Source of the DNA: Acanthaster planci
Lineage: Eukaryota
Assembly: GCF_001949145.1 (NCBI RefSeq)
Contig: NW_019091356.1
Coordinates: 2,884,713-2,948,712 of the forward strand
Direction: 5' to 3'
Length of the DNA stretch: 64,000 bases
This document shows, piece by piece, positions 13,947-27,500 of this stretch (positions are counted from its first letter, which is position 1; the number at the start of each line of letters is the position of its first letter). The translations under genes were made by a program, and so were the position numbers. The notes beneath the pieces were generated by a model, which worked only from the letters and a program-made list of their open reading frames with translations, had not been told where the DNA came from and did no database searches.

Positions 13947-14975
13947 GTGGGTGTATATTGTATCTATGTTTTCAATTAAGAGGAAAAAGATTTGGAACCC
14001 ACCCCAGTGTGCCACTACACAGAGCCAAGAATTCTTTAAACATAACCAAAAGCATCTAAGGAATTCACAAATGAGCGATTGCAGCAGCAATGCCAAAGGA
14101 TCACAATGACCATATTAAAATTCAACACTGTGCATATTCTTAACTCCCCGAATAGACGTTACACATTAAAGCATCCTCAGAGGGAAAAGAAGTTTGTATC
14201 ACGAGGATAGGCTGGAGTAAACCTTTTGAGCACTTGTTTTAACGAAATTAAAATAACAAAACAGCCTCTGAGACACCACAAAGCTGCCAGGGATGCATTA
14301 CCTCTACTACTGGTCAGCCAATCCCGGCACCAACATCAACTAGACAAGAAACCTGCCAAATGGCATGCTCTCTATCCTCGTAATTAGAAATTCAAAGCCC
14401 CATGATGGCCACGTGCAAGCCAATTGGGAAATTTGCAAAAAGAATATTCCAGAAAATGGAAGGGGGTGTTTGGGAAACTGCAAGTAAAATTCTAGAACGG
14501 AATCACTGGAAAGCCATCACATATTGACTTCTTCAGACCCCCTGACTAAAAAGGTATTTAGGAATGGGAATAAATATGTGTTTGCGGCTCAGGCATTAGT
14601 CGCGTCCACTTTCCTGCCAAGCACATATTTATTCCCTGAAGAAATATATTATATTTGAGTTCAATTCTCGCTGTACTGATCAAGTCAGCCAAATAAAATA
14701 CATATCCTAATGAATGTAAGGAGCAACACTGTAATATAAGTTAATTATTACAAAAGTTACTTAGCCCAGGTAACCATGAACTGATTCAAATTTAGTTGCT
14801 GTCGAAATTCTTCTGTAAATACAACCTTATACTTCCTAATTTTCCTTCCCTGAAATACTGAATTCAAATAAAACCAGATATTTTATTACTTGGCATTCTA
14901 TAAATGCACCTACGGACAATGCACACTTCAGTCTTTACTGGCTCTGCCAAGAATTGTTTCAAACCACTATGTTCC

Positions 14976-15305
14976 TAGCCTTGGTCAAGGCGTTCGTCAT
15001 TCGTTGCAGCGCAGCGCGCATCAGTGGCTGGCTGACCTAGTTCATACCTGCGTACGTACATACCTGCACACATTGCAAAATCAAGGTGAGGAGCGACCTC
15101 AAGCGGCCTAAAAAAATATGCAAATCTATTTCTTAGGCTGCGTGAGGTCGCTCTTTGCTTCTTAGGGTGCATGAAGTCGCTCTTTGCCTTGATTTTGCAA
15201 TGTATGCAGGTATATACGCACGTTATGTACATGTACTAGGTCAGCGAGCGGCTTGTGCGAGCCCCGCTGTGCAGCAATGCATGACGAATGCCTTGATCAA
15301 GGCTA
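14976..15305. mobile_element. Foldback MITE with TAG...CTA ends (Academ-like)
   Basis: Nearly the whole element is an imperfect palindrome (TAGCCTTGGTCAAGGCGTTCGTCAT / ATGACGAATGCCTTGATCAAGGCTA); 9-bp flanks CTATGTTCC and CAATCTTCC match 7/9. Superfamily is inferred. Confidence 0.75.
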
Positions 15306-15464
15306 CAATCTTCCAAGAACTTAATTAACAGCTTAAACAAAATTTAAGTTTCTGTTCCTTTTTAAACTGATTAAATAGCAAATAAAATGTAGTAACAATA
15401 TACAGTTATGCTTGTTTATGCTTATTAATTACCAATGATACACAATATTCACCCAACATGTTAA

Positions 15465-15798
15465 AGAGCACCTCTAAGGAAAACATGTTTTCTCTGATTT
15501 TATCTGTTCAAATAACCATGGAAGCATCCAAATCAAATGCAGTGTCATTAATGGCTACCTGTATTGTTTGGCATGCACAAGGGTTTATCCACTACGAACA
15601 CAGGGTGAGGGTTCCCCTTGTTTTCTCTGGATGATGCAATCTACATTCAGAATTTGCATCTTGGCACGACGGAAAAAACCCTTTTAAGGTTGTTATAGTT
15701 GAGTTCTGAAGACAAATGACACTATGTTGATTTGGATGTTTTCATATTTTTTTGAACAGATAAAATCAGAGAAAACTTGTTTTCCTTAGAGGAGCTCT
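15465..15798. mobile_element. Kolobok-like MITE (TTAA flanks, AG...CT ends, about 70-bp TIR)
   Basis: TTAA|AGAGCACCTCTAAGGAAAACA... and ...TGTTTTCCTTAGAGGAGCTCT|TTAA; partial second copy at about 35560-35819. Confidence 0.8.
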
Positions 15799-16569
15799 TT
15801 AAAGGAGAAAAACTGAAAAAAGAAAAACTCCATCCCTCCTGTTTTTGGTTTTGTATTTAAATATAATGTACAAGTCATTTATTTAATTGAACCTAACGTT
15901 CTTAAAATTTGCCTCCACTCATATGATAGTAGCCAAATTTTGGTGCTCAAGACAAAAAAAGATGTTCTTCTAAGAATTCTATGGCAAACATCTTTAGCGC
16001 CAAGTGTCTGAATATCTGGTGAGGGGTATCTTTTTCATGCAAGAGCAGGCAACCGTACACACACACATGTTGACATGTAAATGGAAATGCAGAATGCTTC
16101 AACTTAGGGCAAGTATGGGCATGCCCCGTAAAGAAATGTGCTTTGACCCTACGTCTTGCCCGCACCGGCCATTTGGAACTGGACCAAGAGGAGATGTGCA
16201 TCACGATGCCCTCGCTTCTTAAACGGCAGCTGCAATCAATTTGTTTTCGATGCAAACCTTCAAAATGCACCTTTGTCTGTGATGTCGCCCTGGGAAGATG
16301 TCCTCATGTTACACTGGTTTGTGCACAAAAAGGTCCTGCATTTTTTTAAAATTCAACTGGAATACATTTTCTCTTTGCTGATTCACTGTTGCTTGTGTGC
16401 ACAGCAATTAGCAAGCATCCATCTCTTTCTGAGAAATGCTTTCAGTGAGTGAATTCTGGGTTTACAATTTGAACAGAAAAACCTATACATGGAACTATGT
16501 CTTCCCTGGATGACATCACAGCAACAGTGCCCTCACTTGTCCAGGAAAGCATGCACCATTTTAAGTTAA

Positions 16570-16712
16570 CCCTCCTTTAGTTTTACAGCACAAATATGCA
16601 CAAGTGCCCAGGGTCACTCTCTTGCATGTTGGTGCAGTGCACAACATGACACAGCTGTGCTTCTTTGAGGTGTTTACCAAGTGACCCAAAGAGTGACTTC
16701 AGCATAGGAGGG
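16570..16712. mobile_element. Tiny piggyBac-like MITE
   Basis: TTAA|CCCTCCT ... AGGAGGG|TTAA. Confidence 0.6.
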
Positions 16713-16843
16713 TTAATGAAAAAAAGTGCACTTTTCAACGCGTTTGACCAAATAGGAATGTTAAAGAGTTTTCACACATTGAAGAGAGTTCAAAGTTGCA
16801 GAAAATTTGTATCTAACAAAAACCTCATTACAGCTACCTCTTA

Positions 16844-16962
16844 GGCTGCATCCAAATCTCTTGTCTAGAGCTAGGTCTAGATCTTCACTCCATTGGAAAT
16901 TCATGGAGACACGTAGACAATAGACCTAGCCGTAGCTCTGGAAGCCCGTTTCGGACACGGCC
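16844..16962. mobile_element. PIF/Harbinger-like MITE
   Basis: TTA|GGCTGCATCCAAA ... TTCGGACACGGCC|TTA (3-bp TWA TSD, GGC...GCC ends). Confidence 0.65.
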
Positions 16963-16982
16963 TTAATTAGGAACAGAGGGAA

Positions 16983-17212
16983 CAGTGGCGTAGCTAGGAT
17001 TTTACTAGAGGGAGGAGGCACAAAAGGGGGAACAAAGGGGGCACCGGTATCGGGGGGGGGGGGCAACCAGCTTTCAGTGGTTTGTTTTTTTGGGGGGGAC
17101 GAGTGTTTGTTAGCATTGTTCAATATCCATTCGTCCATTTTTTTTTCAGTGGGGGGCACCGGGAACTTGTGGGGAGCACCTGCCTCTCCCCCCCCCCGTG
17201 GTTACACCACCA
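16983..17212 (+). mobile_element. hAT-type MITE (CAGTGGCGTAGC family), copy 1
   Basis: Perfect 8-bp TSD AGAGGGAA on both sides; internal sequence matches 45999-46221 in reverse orientation. Confidence 0.85.
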
Positions 17213-18556
17213 AGAGGGAACCCCTGTCGTGAAAAATGATTGTGTGACATAAGCAGAAAGGAATGCAAGCAACAGAAGACGTCAGTTGACGATATCGCTG
17301 TGATTTTTGTCAATAATTGACTGGAGTTGTTTAAGCAGGACTATACTCTACCTGCTGATGACAAAAAATGTACAAGTTGACATATTTTGGCAGACAGATT
17401 TAAAAACTTTCACATAGACCCGTCTTCATCTTTTTTGATGTGTGTGTGGTAAGATGTGACACGTACAATGCAGCATTATGCTAAAATATTGTGACACAAC
17501 CTTGACTTTGAAGCTTCTACACACCCCACAACCCCCTCCTTAAAGACAGCAAGAACAAACAAAAACAAATCCCCCTATACGGCTACGTCTTGATTTAGAC
17601 TTGTGACCAGACCATTTTCAGCTCTACTTTGACTTCACTGCTCTTATTGCAGGAATTTTTGTTTAAGTATGTTGCAATGATCATATTTTCAAGGACAAAA
17701 GTAACCTGTTCTAGGAAGGAATTTGTTTTTTTGGGGGGCAGGGTAGTTTACTGTAATGGCTGAACATAATTGAAAAAAGTGAAAGTTTTACAATAGATGA
17801 TCAAACCAAGCTCTTGAAGGCTGGCCAGGAACCTTGCCAAATCGTCCTGAAATGCCCCACTGTTCAGGAAACCAATGGATCCATCTTTACAATTTTAAAC
17901 TTTCTAGGAGCATCAAGCCCAAGTTAAAAGGGAACAGCAATCCTTCAAGATCCTCCTGCACCTTCAAAGAGGGTCTGGGAGGGTTGCTAGCTCAAAGGTA
18001 CAGTCCATCATTTGTAGTGATCCAAAACAAAATGAATGAAATTATTGTTGAAAAGTGTGCTTGGTTCAGAGACGGCCATGGGACTAAAACTCCCACAGGA
18101 ACTATTCTTCCAAGTTTTTGGCAAGCTGTCATTTTGAAGGTAACAAGGAAAGAACACCAGTTCCAGCAATACCTCTAACGATGCATCACTTAGCCATTAG
18201 AAGCACTTGCGAGTGTTGACACGAAACACAAGCCTGCGCAGTTACTATAATTCGTTGCGTCTGAGTCTGACATTGAGCATCTGAGTTCAACTGAACATGA
18301 CAATGTGTCATACATGTTGAATTCAGGCACAATTCAAAACATGACTCAGTAACTTTTGATCTTAAATCAAAATCCTGGAATATTGTTGTTCTCGGAATAC
18401 TCAGCATTCACTGAGCGGAAACTTCACCAGATTTGTTCTTTGGCACCCTTCTCTAGATTTTGAGTGATTTTGTTACCTCAAAAGGAACATAATGCACTAA
18501 TGCCAAATGATGGACTGCACCTTTAATATTACCAATTGTTTTGGTCGACATTTTCA

Positions 18557-21500
18557 TTACTCTCGCTTTGCATTCTTAGCCTCTTCTTCCATGAGTTGCT
18601 TATTTACGTCATAGTCACGTATATCGTCCACTTCCTTCATCTGACCCATGGCCACCTTCTTCAAAACCACCACAATGTGCTGGAGAAGAGGAAAAAAAGA
18701 ATAAAGAGTACAAGATTACTTTACATCAACTCCACCTGGGAACTGTTAGACGCAGCGAGTGGCTTACTCATCAGATCCACGTCAGGTTAACTCATGAGTA
18801 TGGACTGGATCATGGGTGACCAATTTTCAACCCGCTGTGCACAAAACTGGCAAACCTCACACTCTGCACGTCTATAATGTCCTGTTACAAATGCATAACG
18901 GTTTGTTGAATAGACGGCACAAAATCCCCAGAGTGTTCAAGAAATACATGACTCAGTAAATGAAATTATTGAGGGTACTTTTCAGAAGCCGTGCTTAAGT
19001 CGAGCCCGCCAAAAGTCCTCACAAGGCCTCACAATAAAGGCTATCAGAAATAGGTCTAACACAGTCCAAAGCCAAGTCAAGCGACTTGAGTAGATTTTGA
19101 CAAAGGCACTCCCTTGCTGTTGTTTCTCCTTTGCTACTTTTCATGGGACTTATGATGGACTTAATAACACTTAACAGTCAGGCAACTACAGCTGTGCCGA
19201 GTATTTGAATTGGCCACTGTTTGTCAAAAATATCTGAAGATTGTTTACATGTATGTTGGACATTGAATATTTGGACATGAAAAATATTTTACAGCCCTGC
19301 TAAGCACACAATTCTACACTAACAAAAGCCCTATGAATTTCATGGAGACCATAAGCAGTAAGCACAGGGAAAGGCACGCTTACAACGGAGGAAGACTTTG
19401 CTAAACGCAGTGAGGCAACAATGGAACTCTCCATGCCTGGCAATGCAATTTTTCTGCTTGAAAAAGCAACCATGAAATGCTTGCTGTGAAATACATTTAC
19501 CGTGCTACGGTTAGCAAAAAATTTCATAATGGTAACAATAAATTCGGCCCAGCTGGTTGCCTGGACAAGGTCGTTCTTTTCTATTTCTCCTTTTTATAAT
19601 AAGGGACCCATTTGGTACATAATTAATATCTCCATGTACTTAAAAGTTTATGCTTTCTATTTCTGTACTGTTCAGACACTGGATATGTACATGTGCATCA
19701 TGGGGAAAACATATGGGGATGGTTGATCAGTTACAGTATAAATAACCTACTCACAATATTGATGACGCAAATGAAAGCAGAAACAATTTTTATACGGAAG
19801 GGCAAGGTCTCCATGGGAAGTTACAGATGTAACGGCAGAAATATTTCTGATGTAATCAGCGAAAACCCCTTCACATGGTGAGATTTGTCTTTTGGGTGCA
19901 TATCAACTTCAAGTTGATCTGGACACTGCCCTGTTTTCAAAACTGTTGAATTTGTGATTCTAGACAACCTAGATATATGTTGCAGACAACCCAGAATCAT
20001 AAATAGAATAGATCTGAAAACAAGAGCATGTCCATATTAATTAGAAGTTTATATGCATCCAAATAACAAAGATCACCATGTGAAGAGTTTTTGCAGATTG
20101 CATCATCTTTATGCTTGCATACATTGATTACCAAATTACATGAGCAATTTACAGACGTATCTGACTACCGGCACAAATTACACATGAAGGCCTGCACACA
20201 GAGAAAACGTACATTAGCTAAAACCAGGAGAATGTCCTTGAAGCCCTACATTATGCAACATGCACATCTGCACGGAATCAATGTGCCTCTACATGAATGC
20301 GATGACTCAGAATGAGTTGGGCTTGCTGAACGGTGGACTTTGGCAGTGCCGTGATGGCACAACAGGTTTGAATGGACGGTGTACAAATGACAGGCACCTC
20401 GGGACCTACCATAAACCAGTATATATCCAGTGCTAGGAGTAGCCACAGCATGATGTTGAAGAGGATGCCAAAAGGCACAAAGCCGATAGCATGCTTCCTG
20501 GCCACAGAGGGAGTGCAATTCCTTAGCACTTTGAGCGGGTACCAGTAAAGACGCATCACACACCTAAATGGCGACAAAAAGCAAGACCTTGTTAAAATGG
20601 AGGCTAGAAAATACATGTAATTCATGTGGTCAATTTTGGTACATTTTCCAAAATTAATGACATCGTCATACCACAGTACATCGACAAATATCGTTCAAGT
20701 ATAAAGCAAGCAAATCTTATTGATAAGTAACACATTTGGAACCGAGAGGTAATGTATAGAAGTTATGTTAGTACATCGACAAATATCGTTCAAGTATAAA
20801 GCAAGCAAATCTTATTGATAAGTAACACATTTGGAACCGAGAGGTAATGTATAGAAGTTATGTGCAGATGGGTTGACATGAACTCGACGCAGAGCTTTGT
20901 CCTTGTTGACAAATGCATCCTAAGATAGAAACTGACGGACACTTCAGTGCCTTTTTTTCTGTCAATAAACCACTTGCCTTTTCCTCGAGCAAAAGAAATG
21001 ACAACGAGTTGCACCCAGTTCAGTGGTGCACAGCCTGAGAAATACCAGCTCGGCAAAAAAAAAGTGGGCCAACACATCGGGCTGTGATGCATACTGCTTT
21101 TGAGTGCTCCTCCGTGTATTCTTGATTAGCCTTTCCAGACCATGATTTACTGCTAACATATGCGATGGGGCTGTTGATAACTGTACACAAGGATGTAAGC
21201 TCTGACATTTCAGCCTAAAATTTCAGGTGCACACAGCGTGGACAAGTCTACGCTTGTCTATGTTGCCAAGATGTTGTCTTACAACTGACAAAGGCATGAA
21301 ATCGGACTGATAAGGGTGGGTTTACTTCCCTGAATAAACAAGTAAGGGTAGGTCATTTTGGGGGGGGATAAAGTTAGATGTTGTACAGTTTTAGACGAGT
21401 TATCTTGTTTTGAAACTGTTGCGAAATCATTCTTTGAAATCAAATCCGGTTTCATCATGAGAATTGTGCTCTGAATATCACAGAAACTGTGTTTTCCATT

Positions 21501-24500
21501 TGTTTTTTTTTACCAGGAAATGGTGAGGATGGTGAAGCAGATGTTGGCAAACGTCTGCCAGTTTTGATGCTTCTTGCCGTTGCGGAACTTCAGGTAGACA
21601 CACACCTTGGAGACCTCCAGCCAAATGTCATCGAAGTCGTGAAAGAACGAAACCAGGATCCCAATGTTGTGATATCTAGAAAAGGAGAAGGAAGGAAAAG
21701 CTGACACAACTGTTTTTGGAATGGCTTGGAGGCACACAAGCGTGGAATCAGTAGGTAATTAAGTTTGGAAACAAACCTACTTATTTTTCAATTTGGATAA
21801 AGCATTCACAGTCCAACATTCTTCGGTGATATTTTACCAGTGATTGAAGCATTACAATATTGCAAGTCAAATGGTATAAGGGGGGGGCAGACAAGTAGTT
21901 CCCCACCTTAAACTGAAGCCTGTGCTGCTGTGTCCCCCAAATTTAACAAACCAACTACACAACTGAGTGAAATGGTATAATGATGAGGGTGTGTAAGGGT
22001 CGCTCCACTCACCTCAACTTGTTAACAGTTATTGGCCCCAACTTTCACAGAACAACTAGACAGCAGAGCAGAAGACTGCAGACTAAGATTTACCAGTGAT
22101 CGTTATGAGCCAGTTCGGCTGGTCATCTAACTATTTTACTCTCACAAGCACGTCTGAATATTGTGGCTATGGCTAGAGATAACACACGCACCAATGGCTA
22201 GCTGGCTGCAGCCACTTTCCACAAACGCATGTGTCGTTTCCAGCCGTAGCCAGTTGACAGGGACCAGGCCCTATTTTTTACCTCGAGGCATAGGAGAAGG
22301 TGATGAGGGTGAGGGACAAGACGTGGTGCAGGGACATGACGACCGTGTCCGTCCGCCATATGTCGTGGAACAGCGTGTCCACAATGCGGTGGAGATAGTA
22401 ACCGCCCTGAATGGCATACACCAGGTAGATATCCGAGGGCACACTGTTACCCACTTTCCAATCTGGAAAACCAAGTTTCAGACATGAAAATTTGTAAGTA
22501 AGAAATTAAATAAAAAGGGGAATAAAGTGTTCAGCATGTTACTAGGGTAACTGCAGAAAACTTACTGCCATGCTCAGACCCCAAAAATATGATCTTAATA
22601 TGGATTTTATTTCATGAAGATTTCTTGTTTTGCTAACATGTGCAATTAATTTGGGGAAAATAGCTCAATAGCAGAACAGTCTTTACTGGTGGCCATTCAA
22701 ATAAACTATATACGGATGAGATACGCTGTGCATATAGTGGCAAAGGAACTTGGTGCAGTTTAACAATAAGACCAAACACTACATGTACTTTTTCAGAGAG
22801 ATAAGCCATCCACACAAAACACCTCCCATTTCCTCAAGTTTAAAAAGGGAAACACAATGGTTCCACTCTCATAGTGTAAACTATTTTCTGGATTACACAA
22901 ACACTGCACTGACCCAGCTGGTGCATAGTTTTCCTATCAAAAGTGACTGAGGCTGAAAGCTATTGTTAACTCTTGTGTCAACACTCCATCAACAGTGGGA
23001 GGCTACAATCCAGGATAATGACAAGATATTATCATATTACCAAAAACTGCTTGAAGTTTCATTCATTGCTAATAGTCAGGCTAATGTTACCTTCACCTTC
23101 TAACTTAACTGCCATAAGTAATACAGTAAAGGATATATACACTTACTGTGATTACAAATAAATATGCATTTTTTGTTTACAAGTAAACAAATGAAGTCTG
23201 GTATTACCGGTACATGCGGCAGAAAGTTCATTAAATCATCCCCCCCCAGCTCAAGTTTTAAAAATCACCACTCTCATAAACCTTGTGATAATGACAAACT
23301 TAGTAAGTTAACAACAGCCTAAAATCCGGCTTTTGTCTGAAAAACTGGCATCTCATTACATGTACATGTATTATTTTGCTACAAAATGACCATGCACTGG
23401 TTGAGGAGGGTTCAACTTCATCAGCTTTGGCTTGATCCTGGTAACAGGGACCTTCTTCCTTCGCAGGGCAGGCATCACCCCACGTGGGAACTGACCAATA
23501 GGAAGCGCTTGAGAAGTCCCACATTCACTGCCTTGTTTGTCTAAGCAAGGGGGATTTTGAGCATGAAAGGAAAAGAAACATCTTAGACTGCCATTGTGAT
23601 GGTTGAAGGAAATGAGCTGCACGCCCAGTCTGGGCAAACATACATGTAGGTACCGGTGCTTGTACATACATCTGGCCCATGCATTCCACAAAAGCCTGCT
23701 GAAGTGGCTTTACTGTACAGTATGCAAATATTGAATGTTGTCTATTTTTTTCTATCTGAAAAGAGGAGGATTTATGCAGATATGGGTACATGCTATGGTA
23801 AGAATAATTTCATGAGGTGAAAGATGAACTATTCCATTCCATAAGGCAAAGTAGAGTGGAATGGAACATTTTATCTGTCATTGATGACATGTGATCAGCT
23901 ATCCACCAATCAGATGATGGGGATTTAGGTTTTATTTGGGATGTACATTGAACAAGAACATTATCTGATCAGACATTTCTCTAAAAAGTTGCTCAACACT
24001 TTTACACTTTTGATGTTACATGCAGTCAGAACATGAAAGTGGAGACAAGAAACCTTGCTGAGCCACATTTGTACACACTGATCAATTTTTATAACTAAGT
24101 CATGTATGTCATGTACATGTATTTATACGTGTGTGCTTGATTAAAAAATTTTAATCTTGCAATTTTTTTTTCAAATTGTGCAAAAATCGTGTTAAAAATA
24201 CTTGATTTCCTGGGAAAGCAGTGGTGTAGAATTTGTGGAAAATAATTCCCTCAAATGCTAAACTGGGATAGGATTAGCTGGGTTTGACCTTTTATTATCT
24301 TTTGCTGACATTATTTTTGGAATGCCGTTTCCTGTACATGTATGTTCTAGGTAATGTACATGTATATATAACATACATGTGGATGGAACTAAAAGGCTAG
24401 GAGCCTCTCCACAACAGGAATTATGCATAACCGGTACTGTCCCACATCTTCTTTAGATTTGTGAGCACTTTTGTTGCCTCAAGTGAATGACAAATGACAA

Positions 24501-27500
24501 TGACCTTACTTGTAATTGTCTGCCCCAGAAACTCGTCCATTACATGCAGGCATGTGCAATACTATCCAGCCATGGGGCGAGCCATCAAGAACCTTTGTTA
24601 CAATAATGTCAGGATTGTAATGCTATCACGCAGTCATTAATTAATTAATCTGTAGAGTATACACCATGTTCACCTCCCTACTGCCCAGTCTGACAAAAGA
24701 AAACTAACCATCCATGCAAGTCTTATTTACGCAGATAACAAAGAGTTTCACATTCACTGTGGGTAGTGTTTACATTTTTATGAAGGTGCAGGCAATTTTG
24801 TGTGGGGCTGTACATGTAATTAAGCAGTGACTGCGAACAACCATTCAGCGAGACTACAGATGAAGTTATTTCCCTGCACATGTACAGTACGCATGTAGCT
24901 CAAATTCCACCGTGGCACGCTTATCTTTGTGCTTCAATACCATGGTTTGGGGGTGCAAATAAGGGACAAGGAGTGCCGTTCACATCACATTGGACACACC
25001 GCTCAATGCGTCAGCATGAATCAGCTGGCCCAACACTTTATACACCGACAGTAATATATGTACATGTATTTTTAATACCAGTTTATTGACCTCTTTGCTT
25101 CATACCCCGGAGGAAGGGCTTTAACATAAATGTTAATCATATGCACAGTATACGGATAGTAAAATGTGCTGGCAGCCTTCAAGTTCATCTATGGAGGAAC
25201 AGCAACATTTACGACAAAAGTTTGTTGACCTTATATTCCACAGACAGCCACACTGGTTGTGGTTGTCTAGCAAGTGTGTGCTAGCATATCAAAGGGCGCA
25301 GTCTACTAATTCAAGTGAGAATTTTGGGCCAGCTCATTAGCATTAGAAGTGCCCCCCACAGTATCTTTCGAAAAAGGAGATTGTTTGGCCCCCAAAATGG
25401 TGAGATTGTGTAAATCGTTGCCAGGATCAACTCCCTGGGTCTTTGAGCTTTCATATGAGAGCAGAATGGCTAAAAAAGATACAGTTGAAAAATGGTCCTA
25501 AGTGCTTGAGAAAGTTGAGGGTTGCCACTTGAAAAATGGCTACAATCAGACTTCACAAAAATCCTTTTTCAGGGGTGATTTGGTTTTGTGGAAATAATTT
25601 AAATGTAATTGGTTGAACAACAAAAACTTGAAAAGAAATTCAAAGATTAGTGACCAGACAAGAATTTAATTTATGTTTCATATATCTCAGGGATGTTGGC
25701 ATGCATATTACTAGGCCCTGAACAATACTGATTTTACACTGTTTTCAACGGGGCTTGAATGAGTGGACCTTACCCCTAATGCACCGACCATGCTGACCTT
25801 CAAATGTGCATCAAATGCACATTCAAATTTGAAGACAGCGTTTGCCCGCCGTGCAGCATCCACCAGCAAGTGTGACATGCTTCAAGCAGGCACCCCCCCC
25901 GGCATACGCGTGTTTAAAACATGAATTATTCAAGCCAAGTTATGACCGCCCACTCCACTGTGCTTTGGGTCTGGATTTACACAAAGGCTTTAATCAATGT
26001 GCAGATGTGCAAACCCCTTTATTGTCTTATTTAACCAATGCCAAAGTCAATATTTGGTTTCAGATGATCCTGACTACCAAGTGCTCACTGATTTTGCTTT
26101 AAATTCGTCCTTTAAACAGAATTACGAGATCACAGAGATTAATGTACATGTATGATTTTTTGGGGGGGTCATTACCATCATGCATGTGATCTCTGTCTCC
26201 TGCTCAATTAAGTGAACACCAAATGTTCTTCCCTGCTTTTTATATTCAGCTGCCAGTTCAAAATTAGACTCTAAAACCAGTTACATGGAAAATGTGCAGT
26301 TATTGGTTCCTTCCTCCCTGATGAAAACAATCTCTGACATTCCTGAGGGTAACCTGTTTTTGTCAAGTACACATTGTGACACGCATTGTATATAAGCTCA
26401 ATTATTGACTAGTAAACCGTGGCCAGCACAGGCTGGGGGTAGGGGTTGGAGGGGCAAGGCGGCATTTCCCTTCCCCTGCCTGTTGGGAAAAAAATGGAAA
26501 AATGTAAAAATAGAAAAAAATGAAAAGAAGAAGTGAGAGAAACAAACCAAAGGAGGAGAGGTGATGAGAATCACCAATTCACACAGAAATATGTCAGCAA
26601 GCCCTTCCACTTTTAATAGTTTTCAGTATGCTGCTGATGAATGTTGCCCCCCCCCGTTATCCTGACACCACCCATGCTGGCTGGAAACTGGCCTTTTAAG
26701 ACATTCTAAGTGGCTGTACATTATGCCAAAGTGTGATTTACTTGGATTGGAACATTTTAAAAACAGAGAGAAACGTAAAACAAACCTTTGAAGGCTGTGT
26801 GTGGTCTGAAGAAGATGTCTGGATAGTTGCTCAGCAAGACGTAGGCTGCGAAACTCCACGTGATGCAGTGGCACAGACAGCGCCAGGCACTCTCGGGCAA
26901 CTTGTTAATGTTGTCCTCTCGCAGCTTTCCCCAAACTGCAAGCGGCTAAAAAGGGAAAAGATCGCAGAAAGTGGGACAAGAGTGATTTTTCGATCGTCAC
27001 TTTCACTCGTTTCTCAATGCCTTGTGACCAAGGAACGTCACAGTAACAACCGTTGACAATGTTGGCGGAGAGCCCCAAAAATGCCTCACTGGGAGAAAGA
27101 ACGACCAACAGTGTCAACAGAAAACATAAGGAGGGCTTTCTTTTTCCCCTATCCCTTGGGTTAGCAGGGGCAACATGAGTGTACATCATTAAAACTTGTA
27201 ATGCCCTTCATTCAAAAATTGTTTTCAGTTTTGCAAGAGCTTTTTTTTCCCTTCTTAAATTTCACACACAGTGTCCGACTAGAGAGTGCCAACAATTAAA
27301 ACAAGTTGGTGCCTTATCAGACATACCCCTGAGCACAAAATATATCACTATCAGTACTTCATTTGCATGCAGGAAAGGAAATGAGCTACGGCCAGCGAGA
27401 CTTTAAAGTCATTAAAATTTTCACCAGTGTGGATTTGCAGGGTGGAAAATGTTGGGCGAGTGATAAGGCAGAATGACAGGAACACTGTCCTTGTGCACTT

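Noticed and set aside
10900..18556. GDF1/TGF-beta ORF downstream of CERS1, as in the vertebrate bicistronic CERS1-GDF1 locus
   Set aside because: No ORF or exon with a cystine-knot cysteine pattern; the region is MITEs and AT-rich sequence. The N gap lies inside a hAT element.
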